From the NCBI GenBank assembly GCA_963718615.1, contig OY970368.1:3872001-3936000 (forward strand): a stretch of DNA of 64,000 nucleotides. The letters run 5' to 3'. This DNA is from an uncultured cyanobacterium (GTDB taxonomy: Bacteria; Cyanobacteriota; Cyanobacteriia; PCC-9006; JAAUQQ01). The notes under the pieces are model-generated. The model was not told where the DNA came from. It worked only from the letters and a program-made list of their open reading frames with translations, and did no database searches. The position numbers and the translations under genes were made by a program. Below, piece after piece: positions 1 through 15,718 of this stretch; the stretch's first letter is position 1, and each line of letters starts with the position of its first letter.

Positions 1-185
1 TCTTACCTTCCTCCAAAGAGACTCATAATTTTCTTTACAAGTCAATCAAAGTTAGGCAGGATGGAGAAATACTGAACTTTTGTTTCTGAGAAAACAAAAA
101 GAACTTTAAGACTAAAAAAATTACGGATGACGCTGAGCAAATCAGCGAATACTCCCCACAAGTTCTATTAGCAGCTTTACAATAC

Positions 186-230
186 GAAAAAGCAAAAGAC
201 CCCAGAAGTTAGTATTCCGAGGTCTTTTGC
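186..230 (-). terminator. Rho-independent terminator of the rRNA operon
   Basis: Perfect 10-bp inverted repeat GCAAAAGACC (192-201) / GGTCTTTTGC (221-230), followed by a T-run on the minus strand, just 3' of 5S. Confidence 0.75.
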
Positions 231-239
231 GTAGTATTG

Positions 240-357
240 CCCTGGCATCGAGCTAGATTCACAAGCAGTCACCCGCTCACTATTTTCGCCGCAGATGTGT
301 TTCACAACCGAGTTCGGGATGGGTCGGAGTGGTTCCACATCGCCATTGACACCAGGA
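240..357 (-). rRNA. rrf: 5S rRNA
   Basis: Reverse complement reads TCCTGGTGTC...CCCATCCCGAACTCGGTTGTGAAAC...GATGCCAGG, with complementary termini. Confidence 0.95.
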
Positions 358-472
358 ATGCTGTTGGGTCTGTTGGCCAGAACCCAGAAGGCTGCATAGA
401 GAATCTTTAACGAAATGAATGGGCATGCGGTTCTTAACATCACCACATCTTCAACACCCTCTCCACTGATTG

Positions 473-3354
<2,882 letters not shown>

Positions 3355-3617
3355 TCTTCTCAATCACTCCCTTTCACTACTCACATGCTTCACTCTCATC
3401 TACACAACCAACTTCCCTAAATATTCTCTAGAAAAATCTGTTGCTCAACTCAAATCCACACATCTCATAGCTTCCAGTCATCATTGACTTCAGTCTCTTG
3501 GTGTCTGTGTATCTCTCATCCTCGCTTCTTCTTCTTCTCTGGTCTCGCTCTTACACTCAACCTCTGATGAATTAGCAACGCTAAATGAGTTCGATACTAC
3601 CCATTCATCTCTTTCTC

Positions 3618-3637
3618 TATGCAGTTTTCTAGGTTCT
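3618..3637 (-). promoter_or_regulatory. ITS boxA antitermination/processing element
   Basis: Minus strand AGAACCTAGAAAACTGCATA, the typical cyanobacterial ITS boxA; a complementary stretch lies 3' of 23S (~381-399). Confidence 0.6.
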
Positions 3638-3770
3638 TTCACTGGACTAATTGCCCAGCATCCTCATTGCTACCTTTCACTTCATGCTCAACACAAACTA
3701 TACATACAATAGCCTGTTGCTCATCAAACTACTCTTCGCAATCTAGGTGCTAAACTCTAATCCCTCTCAG

Positions 3771-3843
3771 TGGAGGTTAGCGGACTTGAACCGCTGACAT
3801 CCTGCTTGCAAAGCAGGCGCTCTACCAACTGAGCTAAACCCCC
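3771..3843 (-). tRNA. tRNA-Ala(TGC)
   Basis: Cloverleaf GGGGTTTAGCTCAG...CTTTGCAAG...GTTCAAGTCC...CTCCA in the 16S-23S ITS. Confidence 0.97.
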
Positions 3844-3861
3844 AAACACCTTTGGAGAAGG

Positions 3862-3935
<74 letters not shown>

Positions 3936-4174
3936 TTAACTCTTATCTATACAACTATCACTCACTACCTTGATCTCTCAATTAGCTCATGACTCATCTC
4001 TAGATAAAATCAGTCCCTAAACAGATCTGAAAGCTTTACTCGCCCCACTCATCACTCATCCTATCTCTCAATACAATGAACTCTGAATGGCCGAAATCCT
4101 CGAACGACCTTAGAGTGACCTCTCACAACTCGGCAATACTATTGCGCCGATGTCATAAGGGCTAGGTCTCCCTT

Positions 4175-5663
<1,489 letters not shown>

Positions 5664-5934
5664 GTAAACTTAAGTCCCGTGAACACAGTCTCTCAACTAC
5701 ATCCACTCAACTCAGCTCGAAAAGCTCAGCAAACCCTATTCGCTAAAATAGAACTCACCTTCTCAATCCGGCACCAGATATTCTCTATCCGGTCCTTGTC
5801 CCAAAACTCTGACATTAATTGCCAAAGCTCTTCTTTTTCTTGACGAGGACTTCTGGCTTATAAAGCTCTCAATCTATTTCTCTGTCTAGGTTCTGGCACT
5901 TTCCGGTGAGCTCCGCTCCCCTCAGCGCTTTACT

Positions 5935-5964
5935 AAGGTAACTCGTTCCTTTTCAATCTGTCAA
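5935..5964 (-). promoter_or_regulatory. rRNA operon sigma70-type promoter
   Basis: Minus strand TTGACA (5964-5959), 18-bp spacer, TACCTT (5940-5935), upstream of the 16S leader. Confidence 0.6.
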
Positions 5965-6108
5965 TACTTTTCTCAAAAAAACTTTTACCTCACGGTTTGC
6001 CTGCATTTTGCGGATGGAGTTGTTCTGTGAGGTAGCCTGTTTTGAGGAATAGGACATTAGGGATGCTCGAAATGCTCGGGTATCAAAGCAATTCTGGAGA
6101 GACCTAGC

Positions 6109-6996
6109 GTGAACTTTCAGTCTGTTATTGCCACCCTGAACCAATTTTGGTCGGAGCGAGGCTGTTTGATTGCCCAGCCCTACGACACCGAAAAGGGGGC
6201 TGGGACAAAGAGTCCCCATACGTTTTTGCGAGCGATCGGCCCAGAGCCTTGGTCAGTGGCTTACGTAGAACCCTGCCGCCGACCTGCAGATGGTCGCTAT
6301 GGGGAGAATCCAAATAGAGGACAGCACTACTACCAATACCAGGTACTGATCAAGCCTTCACCAGACAATATTCAGGAAATCTATCTGGATTCATTGCGTG
6401 CCCTCGGTATCCATCCCGAAGATCATGACATTCGGTTTGTGGAAGACAATTGGGAAGATGCAGCGGTGGGGGCCTGGGGAGTGGGCTGGGAAGTCTGGCT
6501 GGACGGGATGGAGGTAACGCAGTTTACCTATTTCCAGCAATGTGGCGGTTTGGACTGCAATCCGGTGTCCATCGAAATCACCTACGGTTTAGAGCGACTG
6601 GCGATTTATTTGCAGGGGGTTAATTCCATTTTTGATTTGCAGTGGAATGACAGCTTGACCTACGGTGATATCTTTCTACAGAGCGAAATCGAGAACTCAA
6701 CCTACAACTTTGAGGCTTCAAATCCAGAACTGTTGTTTACGCTGTTCCAGCTTTACGAACAGGAGGCCAAGCAGCTTATGGAGCGCAAGCTGGTGATCCC
6801 GGCCTATGAACAGGTATTGAAGTGCTCTCATACGTTTAATTTGCTGGAGGCGCGGGGGGTTATTTCGGTAACGGAGCGGACTCGCTATATCGGTCGGGTG
6901 CGAGGTTTGGCGCGGCAGGTGGCTCAGCTTCAGTTGGAGCAGCGGGAGGCTTTGGGATTTCCGCTACTCAAGCAGAATGCGGAAGCTATGGCTTAG
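6109..6996 (+). CDS. glyQ: Glycine--tRNA ligase alpha subunit
   Basis: [40 protein letters not shown] motifs; GTG start. Confidence 0.97.
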   Translation: MNFQSVIATLNQFWSERGCLIAQPYDTEKGAGTKSPHTFLRAIGPEPWSVAYVEPCRRPADGRYGENPNRGQHYYQYQVLIKPSPDNIQEIYLDSLRALGIHPEDHDIRFVEDNWEDAAVGAWGVGWEVWLDGMEVTQFTYFQQCGGLDCNPVSIEITYGLERLAIYLQGVNSIFDLQWNDSLTYGDIFLQSEIENSTYNFEASNPELLFTLFQLYEQEAKQLMERKLVIPAYEQVLKCSHTFNLLEARGVISVTERTRYIGRVRGLARQVAQLQLEQREALGFPLLKQNAEAMA

Positions 6997-7098
6997 TCGC
7001 TGTTTTTAGACTGGCCCTCCGCTCCGGATTTACCCCAAAACCCAGAGAATTCAGCTTTAGAATGCTAAGCGGATGAAGACGCACGCTTGGAGTAGATC

Positions 7099-7587
7099 AT
7101 GAACATAAATGGAACCATCAGTGAGGTCCTGGAACCCTTGGGGGCCTGGTTTCGCGGTTTAGGCATTCCCGAACCCATTACCCACTGGGGTCATCCCGCG
7201 ATGATGGGCATTGTCGTCTTTGTCCTGGGAACCTATACGGCCTATGCGGGCTGGAAGGGTAGAACAGCGACAGAGACAGAAGAGGCCACAAACAATAAAG
7301 CAGAGCACAAGAAGCTGGCACCGTTGTTCTATCTATTTATTGCGTTGGGCTATACGGGGGGCGTGCTGTCCCTGGTGATGCAAAAGCAGCCGATTTTTGA
7401 GAGTCCTCATTTTTGGACTGGTTCAATTGTCCTTGGGCTGCTGGCGCTCAATGGTTTGATTTCCGCAACGAAATTTGGGGGAGGACAATCTCAGCTCCGG
7501 ACCGTTCATGCTTATCTGGGTAGCGTGGCGCTGGTTCTACTATTTGTCCATGCCTTTTTGGGGCTGCAATTGGGTCTGAGGATCTAG
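7099..7587 (+). CDS. DUF4079-like membrane protein
   Basis: HWGHPAMM, ESPHFWTG and RTVHAYLG histidine motifs; four hydrophobic helices. Confidence 0.75.
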   Translation: MNINGTISEVLEPLGAWFRGLGIPEPITHWGHPAMMGIVVFVLGTYTAYAGWKGRTATETEEATNNKAEHKKLAPLFYLFIALGYTGGVLSLVMQKQPIFESPHFWTGSIVLGLLALNGLISATKFGGGQSQLRTVHAYLGSVALVLLFVHAFLGLQLGLRI

Positions 7588-7594
7588 GTTTGCC

Positions 7595-10024
7595 ATGAGC
7601 CCAACGGAAGGCTGGCTACTCCTATTCGCCTATCTTGCAGGGTTACTCGCGACCGGGCTGAATTGGCAGTTTCGCAGTCTTCCGTTGCCGGAGCTGATAT
7701 TGTTTGCCATTGGCTTGTTGGCAGCTTTTGTTTTACCGCGTGTTTGGTGGAAAAGTCCGCGATCGCGCATTCTCTTCCTCGCCGGTCTGATTGCCCTGGT
7801 GGCTGGCTTTTATCTGAACTGGCGCATGCCCCAACCGGGTCCTCAGGACGTTAGTCGGTTAATTCCACCGGAAGGGGAAGGCCAGTCGTTGCCCATTGTG
7901 ACGCTGCGGGGGACAATCGCCAGTGCGCCCAAATTGACCCGGAGCGATCGCGTCCAGTTTTGGCTCCAAACCCAGCGCCTGTTAGAAATCACTGGCAAAA
8001 CCACCACAGAACAAAGCGCCGATAACACCACCGGCAAAGTTTATGTCACCGTGCCTTTGTTGCAGGGCACGGGCCTCTATCCAGGGCAAAGTGTGGATGT
8101 CACGGGAATTTTGTATAAGCCCCAAACGGCCAGCTATCCGGGTGCCTTTGATTTTTCGGTTTATCTAGCACGACAGGGGGGCTTTTCAGGCTTGAGTGCG
8201 AATCAGGCCAGCGATACCGGGCAAGACACCCGCTCTCCTCAGACTTGGCGCTTACGCCGCAGGATTATTCAAACCCAGACGCGCGCCTTGGGGAGTCCTC
8301 GGGGACCGCTGCTCAGCGCCATGGTACTGGGACGACGCAGCGTGGATTTGCCCTACGACATTCAGGATTTATTTCGACAGGTGGGGCTCTCCCATGTGAT
8401 TGCCGTGTCGGGGTTTCACGTCTCACTGGTGTTGGGATGTGTGTTGATGCTGACTCGGCGGCGATCGGCCCAAGTCCAGTTTGGACTCGGCACGGCCCTA
8501 TTGCTGGGGATTCTTGCTCTGACCGGATTTCAGCCATCCGTTCTCCGGGCGGTGCTGATGGCTCAGGGGGCTTTGATTGCCTTGATTTTGCGGCGGCGGA
8601 CCAAACCCCTAGGGGCACTGTTGCTGACCGCCGGATTATTGCTGCTGATTAATCCGCTGTGGATTTGGGATCTGGGATTTCAGCTCAGTTTTCTGGCGAC
8701 GTTTGGGTTAGTGGTGACGGTGCCGGGATTGACACGCGGGTTGGATTGGTTACCGTTGCCGATCGCAGGGGCGATCGCCGTCCCCATTGCCGCCACCCTC
8801 TGGACCATTCCGCTACAACTGTTTCACTTTGGCCTGACCTCGCCGTACAGCATTTTGGTCAATTTACTGACCACGCCTTTTGTCACGGTTTGTACGCTGG
8901 GGGGATTTTTGAGTGCGGCATTGGCGGGGTTGTGGCAACCGGCAGGGGAGTTCATAGCGATGCTGATGGGCTATCCCATGGCTGGGCTGTTGGGCATTGC
9001 CCAAAGTTTTGCCCATTTTCCGGGAACTCAGTATGCGATCGGCAAACTGACGATTCCCCAGTTGGTGAGCTTGTATGGTGTTTTGCTGTTGTTTTTGGCG
9101 CGATCGCTCTGGCAACGCCGCCTTTGGCTCATTCTCATTGGCTTGGTTTTTATCACAACACTGCCTCTACAAGGCTATGCCCTGCCTCGGCTTCAGGTCA
9201 CGGTCCTCGCCGCTAAGCCGCCAGTCTTGGTGATTCAGGATCGCAACCAAACCGGGCTAGTCAACAGTGGTGATGCGGACCAAGTTCGTAATGTAGTGAT
9301 TCCATTTTTGCAGCACCAAGGTATTAATCGACTCACCTGGGGCGTGGCTACGAGCCTGGATAACGAGATGCGTCGCGGCTGGTTACAGCTTTTGCAAACC
9401 ATTCCGGTTGAGCAATTCTACGAACTGTCTACGACAATCGGAGGTCAGGGATTAGGCAATACGCCGAATCCAGGAAACACACCCAATCCAGGCATCACAC
9501 CCAATCCGGACACAGCCCCAATTCCCGCTCCGGCAGCCCCTGTCACAGCCCCCGAAGCCTGGATGAATTCAGCCCTCCAAGCCGTTCTCAACAGCCAAGA
9601 GGCGATCTATGGCATTTTGCAGCCCGGTCAAACCCTGGGTGTGGGACGCAGCACGATCGCGATTGATCGTCAAAGTGCCAATATCTGGCACTACCAACGG
9701 GGCCAACAACGCTGGCTCTGGATGTTTAACTTAGACCGGGGTCGGCAAGAGGCACTGATCCGTCAGGTAGGGTCTCAGGGGTTAGAAGATGTGGATGTGT
9801 TGTGGTGGTCCGGGGAAGATTTGGCCCAGGAGCTGATTGAGCAAATTAAACCGGAGGTGGCGATCGCATCTTCCAAAACCCTTACCCCTGATACGCTTCG
9901 TCTCCTTTTAACCCAAGAAATCCCAGTTTATTGGACCGGACGCGATGGCGCAGTGCAGTGGATACCGCCCAAGGATGTCCAACCCACGCGCGAGGTTCTA
10001 GAGGTGGAGACCGATCCCCTTTAA
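7595..10024 (+). CDS. comEC: ComEC/Rec2 competence protein
   Basis: GLSHVIAVSGFHV, PSVLRA and GFQLSFLAT motifs; C-terminal MBL-like region with (NTPNPG)n insert. Confidence 0.92.
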   Translation: MSPTEGWLLLFAYLAGLLATGLNWQFRSLPLPELILFAIGLLAAFVLPRVWWKSPRSRILFLAGLIALVAGFYLNWRMPQPGPQDVSRLIPPEGEGQSLPIVTLRGTIASAPKLTRSDRVQFWLQTQRLLEITGKTTTEQSADNTTGKVYVTVPLLQGTGLYPGQSVDVTGILYKPQTASYPGAFDFSVYLARQGGFSGLSANQASDTGQDTRSPQTWRLRRRIIQTQTRALGSPRGPLLSAMVLGRRSVDLPYDIQDLFRQVGLSHVIAVSGFHVSLVLGCVLMLTRRRSAQVQFGLGTALLLGILALTGFQPSVLRAVLMAQGALIALILRRRTKPLGALLLTAGLLLLINPLWIWDLGFQLSFLATFGLVVTVPGLTRGLDWLPLPIAGAIAVPIAATLWTIPLQLFHFGLTSPYSILVNLLTTPFVTVCTLGGFLSAALAGLWQPAGEFIAMLMGYPMAGLLGIAQSFAHFPGTQYAIGKLTIPQLVSLYGVLLLFLARSLWQRRLWLILIGLVFITTLPLQGYALPRLQVTVLAAKPPVLVIQDRNQTGLVNSGDADQVRNVVIPFLQHQGINRLTWGVATSLDNEMRRGWLQLLQTIPVEQFYELSTTIGGQGLGNTPNPGNTPNPGITPNPDTAPIPAPAAPVTAPEAWMNSALQAVLNSQEAIYGILQPGQTLGVGRSTIAIDRQSANIWHYQRGQQRWLWMFNLDRGRQEALIRQVGSQGLEDVDVLWWSGEDLAQELIEQIKPEVAIASSKTLTPDTLRLLLTQEIPVYWTGRDGAVQWIPPKDVQPTREVLEVETDPL

Positions 10025-10065
10025 TCTCAAACCTAAAGGGGCTATAGTATTAATCGTGCCAGCTT

Positions 10066-10150
10066 GGAGAGGTGGCAGAGCGGTTGAATGCGCTTGACTC
10101 GAAATCAAGTATAGGGAAACCTATCGGGGGTTCGAATCCCCCCCTCTCCG
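10066..10150 (+). tRNA. tRNA-Ser(CGA)
   Basis: GGAGAGG acceptor stem, anticodon arm CTTGA-CT CGA AA-TCAAG, long variable arm, GGTTCGAATCCC. Confidence 0.96.
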
Positions 10151-10210
10151 TTGAAGAATAGCAAATTGACTGGATCGACCGCTGCGTAGCGATTTGAGCT
10201 CCTAGACCCG

Positions 10211-11446
10211 ATGAAATACGCCCTCGTCCACGAATGGCTGACCCCCAAGGCAACGGGCGGCTCGGAATGGGTGGTGCAGGAAATTTTGCGCCATGTGGAG
10301 GCAGATCTGTTTGCGTTGATTGATTTTGAGTCTCGTAATCCCGAGAGTTATTTGTATCAGCGGGCGATCGCCACCACCTTCCTCCAGCATTTTCCCCAAG
10401 CTGAGCGGGGCGTACAGAAATATTTGCCCTTTTTGCCCTTGGCGATCGAACAGCTCGATCTCCGGGGTTATGACGTCATTCTCTCCTCATCCCATGCGGT
10501 GGCCAAGGGCGTGTTAGCGGCTCCCCAGCAATTGCACATTTGCTATTGCCACAGCCCCATGCGCTACGCCTGGGATTTGACGTTTGACTATCTCGAACGC
10601 AGTCGGGCGGGGCAGGGATTGCCTGGTATCGCAACCCGCTACCTCCTCCATCGGCTGCGCCAGTGGGATGTAATTTCTGCTAACCGGGTGGATTTTTTTA
10701 TTGCCAATTCTCACCATACCGCCCGTCGGATTTGGCGCTGTTACCGTCGTAGAGCAGAAGTGATTTATCCTCCCGTGAATCTCGATCGCTTCCCCCTCCA
10801 TCCAGACAAAGAAGATTTCTATCTCGTCGTCGCCCGTCTCGTCAGCTACAAACGGGTGCCGCTGATTGTGCGAGCCTTTGCTCAACTGGGATTACCGCTC
10901 GTTGTCATTGGCGAAGGCACGGAATTTTCGGAGGTCGAGCAAATCGCCAAAACCGCCCCCAAGGGCAATATCCAAATCCTTGGTCCTCAGCCTAACGCCG
11001 TCGTCGAGCAGTACATGGCCAAGGCTAAAGCCTTTGTTTATGGAGCCTGCGAAGATTTTGGCATTAGCCTGGTCGAAGCCCAAGCCTGTGGAACCCCCGT
11101 GATTGCCTATGGCGGAGGCGGTGCCCTTGAAACCGTGCGAGACCTACAGGTTCATCCCGAAAACCCGACCGGCCTCTGGTTTGAGCAGCAAACCGAAGCC
11201 AGTTTGATCGCAGCCGTCGAACAATTTGAGCAAAACCAACGTCAGTTTCACCCAGAGGTGATTCGTCGCCATGCCGAGCAATTTAGCCAGGAGGTGTTTG
11301 GCGATCGCTACCTGCAATTTATTCACCACTGCTGGGAACAATTCCAAGATCAAGCCGCAGGTCAAGCCTCAGATCAAGCCGCAACCGGCACCCAATGGTC
11401 CAGGCAAACAGACTCCCCTGACAACCGAAATGATCCGGAATTCTAG
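10211..11446 (+). CDS. Glycosyltransferase family 4 (GT-B)
   Basis: ALVHEWL...GGSE, YCHSPMRYAWD, EDFGISLVEAQACGTPVI. Confidence 0.9.
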   Translation: MKYALVHEWLTPKATGGSEWVVQEILRHVEADLFALIDFESRNPESYLYQRAIATTFLQHFPQAERGVQKYLPFLPLAIEQLDLRGYDVILSSSHAVAKGVLAAPQQLHICYCHSPMRYAWDLTFDYLERSRAGQGLPGIATRYLLHRLRQWDVISANRVDFFIANSHHTARRIWRCYRRRAEVIYPPVNLDRFPLHPDKEDFYLVVARLVSYKRVPLIVRAFAQLGLPLVVIGEGTEFSEVEQIAKTAPKGNIQILGPQPNAVVEQYMAKAKAFVYGACEDFGISLVEAQACGTPVIAYGGGGALETVRDLQVHPENPTGLWFEQQTEASLIAAVEQFEQNQRQFHPEVIRRHAEQFSQEVFGDRYLQFIHHCWEQFQDQAAGQASDQAATGTQWSRQTDSPDNRNDPEF

Positions 11447-11594
11447 TTTTCCCCTTCGGAAAATCCTAAAGGAAAGCTATGATCCCTACATTCGCTGTGG
11501 TGTTGTGACTTTTTTGAGGGTGGCCTAGCCCCGTGGGCTGTAGCGACAGCTTCATCCTAGGATGTCCATGTGGTGTGAACGGAAGTGAGGGCTC

Positions 11595-12332
11595 ATGACT
11601 GGGAACCGGCAAGCTATTGCTGAAGAACGATTGCGATCGCCTGAACGGAAGGCCAGCGCCGCGCCGCTGTTTTTCCCGTCTCGTCGCCGCAGCCAAGGAC
11701 TTTTGCGCCTGTTGGACGGACCGATCACCAAGCGCCTCTTTGATATTTTGTTTGCCAGTGCCGTCTTAACCCTCTGCGCTCCGATTTATACACTAATCGC
11801 CCTTTTGATCAAAGTCAGTTCCCCCGGCCCGGTGTTTTACTTTCAAGAACGGGTGGGTCGCAACGGACGCCATTTTACCTGCATCAAATTCCGCACGATG
11901 GTGGTTAATGCCGATGTGCTCCTCAGCGAGCTCATCCGCCAATCCCCCGACTTACAACAGGAATTTGCCGATAACTTCAAGCTCAAAGTCGATCCTCGGA
12001 TTACCCCCATCGGTCGGTTTCTCCGGGTTACGAGCCTCGATGAATTTCCCCAATTTTGGAATGTCTTCTGGGGCGATATGAGTGTCGTTGGTCCCCGTCC
12101 CCTAGTGAGTGAGGAACTGCCCCGCTACGGCGGTGCGATTCACACGGTGCTTCAGGTCAAACCCGGCATTACTGGGCTCTGGCAAGTCTCTGGGCGTAAT
12201 GATATTCCCTACGATCGCCGCATTCAAATTGACGCCTCCTACAGCCGCTTTCACACGTTCCAGATGGATCTCTGGATTATTCTCAAAACCATCCGCGTCG
12301 TCCTGTTTCCCAAAAATAACGGGGCTTACTAA
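11595..12332 (+). CDS. Bacterial sugar transferase (polyprenyl-phosphate glycosylphosphotransferase, HepC/WcaJ-like)
   Basis: KRLFDI, KFRTM, DPRITPIGRFLR.TSLDEFPQ, GDMSVVGPRP, KPGITGLWQ. Confidence 0.9.
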   Translation: MTGNRQAIAEERLRSPERKASAAPLFFPSRRRSQGLLRLLDGPITKRLFDILFASAVLTLCAPIYTLIALLIKVSSPGPVFYFQERVGRNGRHFTCIKFRTMVVNADVLLSELIRQSPDLQQEFADNFKLKVDPRITPIGRFLRVTSLDEFPQFWNVFWGDMSVVGPRPLVSEELPRYGGAIHTVLQVKPGITGLWQVSGRNDIPYDRRIQIDASYSRFHTFQMDLWIILKTIRVVLFPKNNGAY

Positions 12333-12593
12333 GACAGTTCCTGAGAGTTCCCATGGGCTGAAAGGATGGGCGATCGCCTAGGATATCCCCTAGGATACAG
12401 AGGCAATCTAAAAACACGTAGCAGAAAAATTACGCTATCTCGGTTGGCAACTGGGCTATTTGGGCAGTCTGTAGATTGAGGTTCTTGAAACATCATTCAG
12501 TATTCCTAAACGGCCTCAGCCGACGATGTTTTGAGCGGTGTCCTTAGCCGGATGTTTTAAGCACAACGTTTCCACAGACGAGAAGAGGCAAGC

Positions 12594-13676
12594 ATGACGC
12601 AAGCAAAGCGCGCCCTAATCACAGGGATTACAGGTCAGGATGGGTCCTATCTGAGCGAGCTGCTCCTAGAAAAGGGCTATGAAGTTCATGGCATCATTCG
12701 ACGGACCTCAACGTTCAACACCGATCGCATCGATCACATCTATGTCGATCCCCACATGGAAAATGCCAAGCTTTTCCTGCACTACGGGGATTTGACCGAC
12801 GGCACAACGCTCCGCCGAATTATCGAAGAAGTCCAGCCGAATGAAGTCTATAACCTAGGGGCTCAGTCCCACGTTCGCGTCAGCTTCGATGCGCCGGAAT
12901 ATACCGTGGATGCCGTCGGCATGGGTACATTACGCGTTCTCGAAGCCATTCGAGACTACCAGCAACGCATCGGTAACGAAGTCCGCTTCTACCAAGCAGG
13001 CTCTTCGGAAATGTACGGTAAGGTCCAGGAAGTCCCTCAATCCGAAAAGACCCCCTTCTATCCTCGTAGTCCCTACGCCTGCGCTAAGGTCTATGGCCAT
13101 TGGCAAACGGTCAACTACCGCGAGTCCTACGGTATGTTTGCCTGCAACGGTATTTTGTTTAACCATGAATCGCCTCGCCGGGGGGAAACATTTGTCACCC
13201 GCAAAGTGACGCGGGCGATCGCTCGCATCATCGCAGGCACCCAAAAGCAGCTTTACATGGGCAACTTGGACGCCAAGCGGGACTGGGGCTACGCCAAGGA
13301 CTACGTCAAGGCCATGTGGCTGATGCTACAACAGCAAGAGGCGGATGACTACGTCGTCGCCACGGGTGAAACCTACTCCGTCCGAGAGTTTCTGCAAATT
13401 GCCTTCAACCATGTCAACCTCAACTGGGAAGACTACGTCGCCTTCGATGAGCGTTATCTGCGACCCGCAGAAGTCGAGCTGCTGATCGGCGACCCGACGA
13501 AAGCCAAGCAAAAACTGGGCTGGGAGCCTTCGGTAACTTTTGAGGGCCTGGTGAAACTGATGGTGGATGCAGACCTGCGCGCCCTCGGACTGATTCCCCT
13601 GAACGGCAGTCAGCCTTCCCCTGTGAGCGACGTTGCTACAGTTCGCGCGGTCGCTGCAGCCAGTAGCATGGGTTAG
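12594..13676 (+). CDS. gmd: GDP-mannose 4,6-dehydratase
   Basis: [42 protein letters not shown]. Confidence 0.97.
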   Translation: MTQAKRALITGITGQDGSYLSELLLEKGYEVHGIIRRTSTFNTDRIDHIYVDPHMENAKLFLHYGDLTDGTTLRRIIEEVQPNEVYNLGAQSHVRVSFDAPEYTVDAVGMGTLRVLEAIRDYQQRIGNEVRFYQAGSSEMYGKVQEVPQSEKTPFYPRSPYACAKVYGHWQTVNYRESYGMFACNGILFNHESPRRGETFVTRKVTRAIARIIAGTQKQLYMGNLDAKRDWGYAKDYVKAMWLMLQQQEADDYVVATGETYSVREFLQIAFNHVNLNWEDYVAFDERYLRPAEVELLIGDPTKAKQKLGWEPSVTFEGLVKLMVDADLRALGLIPLNGSQPSPVSDVATVRAVAAASSMG

Positions 13677-13927
13677 GAATCGAGGAAGCGGAAATCCTTT
13701 CAATTCGTCTGTAGGGAAGGGTTTGGCGGATAATTCTTGAGATAATTCTTGAGATGATTCTTAGATTATTCAAGCCATCGGCCAAACCCCATCCTCAAAA
13801 TCCCGGCACGGCATTCGATGAGTATTTTCTTGAATATTTCCTTGAATATTTTCCTAATTTTTTAACCTCGATTTTTCGTTGAGCAGAGGGTGCCACCGTC
13901 CCCCCTATTTCGGATATGGAGTAACAG

Positions 13928-14893
<966 letters not shown>

Positions 14894-14940
14894 CCTCTGC
14901 CCTAGTCACGCCCAAGGCCGTCAGGCTCCACTCAAACCGG

Positions 14941-15603
14941 TCAGACCCAACCCGCTCGGTCAAAGGGCCAAAACCGGAATAGGGCGTGACCCCGCACATT
15001 GGCGGTGGGCAAAAAGCCCCACACATGGGAGTCGTTGCTATTGTTACGATTGTCCCCCATGACAAAAATGGCTGATTCCGGCACGCGATAGGGACCCCAA
15101 TCGTAGGCAGGGGGTTCGGCAATATAGGGCTCGGCGAGGGGGCGATCGTCCACAAACACCGTCCCTTCCCGAATGGCAATCACCTGGCCCGCAACGCCAA
15201 TGACCCGTTTAATAAAGACCTGTTGCCGAGCGTAACCATAGTCCTGAAGCAGTTGGGGCGGTTCGAAGATAATCACATCACCGGGGCGGGGGGGATGGAA
15301 TCGGTAAGAGATCTTTTCGACGACGAGGCGATCGCCCACCCACAACGTCGGCACCATCGAATCTGAGGGAATAAACCGAGGCTCTGCCACAAAAACTCGG
15401 ATCAGCAACGCCAAGATCAACGCCACCGAAAGCAAAATGATATTCTCCCGCTGCTTCCGCCAAAAACTTCGGGGGATTGGGTCGTTAGGCTTTGGGTCGT
15501 TAGGCTTTGGGTCGTTAGGCTTTGGGGAATCAGGGGGTGAAGTTATGGGTTGTGGGGTTGCAGATTGTGAGTTGGCTGGCTGCAAAGTTTTATCGGAGGT
15601 CAT
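14941..15603 (-). CDS. lepB: Signal peptidase I
   Basis: IPSDSMVPTL, FIKRVIG, MGDNRNNSNDSH; ATG at 15603 preferred; N-terminal (PKPND)x3 repeat. Confidence 0.93.
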   Translation of the reverse strand: MTSDKTLQPANSQSATPQPITSPPDSPKPNDPKPNDPKPNDPIPRSFWRKQRENIILLSVALILALLIRVFVAEPRFIPSDSMVPTLWVGDRLVVEKISYRFHPPRPGDVIIFEPPQLLQDYGYARQQVFIKRVIGVAGQVIAIREGTVFVDDRPLAEPYIAEPPAYDWGPYRVPESAIFVMGDNRNNSNDSHVWGFLPTANVRGHALFRFWPFDRAGWV

Positions 15604-15718
15604 ACCCAGGTTTATCGTGATACCTCCATGCAGCATAAGCCTTCTTGCCAAGGATGTGGATTGCAAGCTGTTGGATGTTGTTTGATATCTTGGCCTTTGG
15701 CCTCATTTCTCCCTCACC

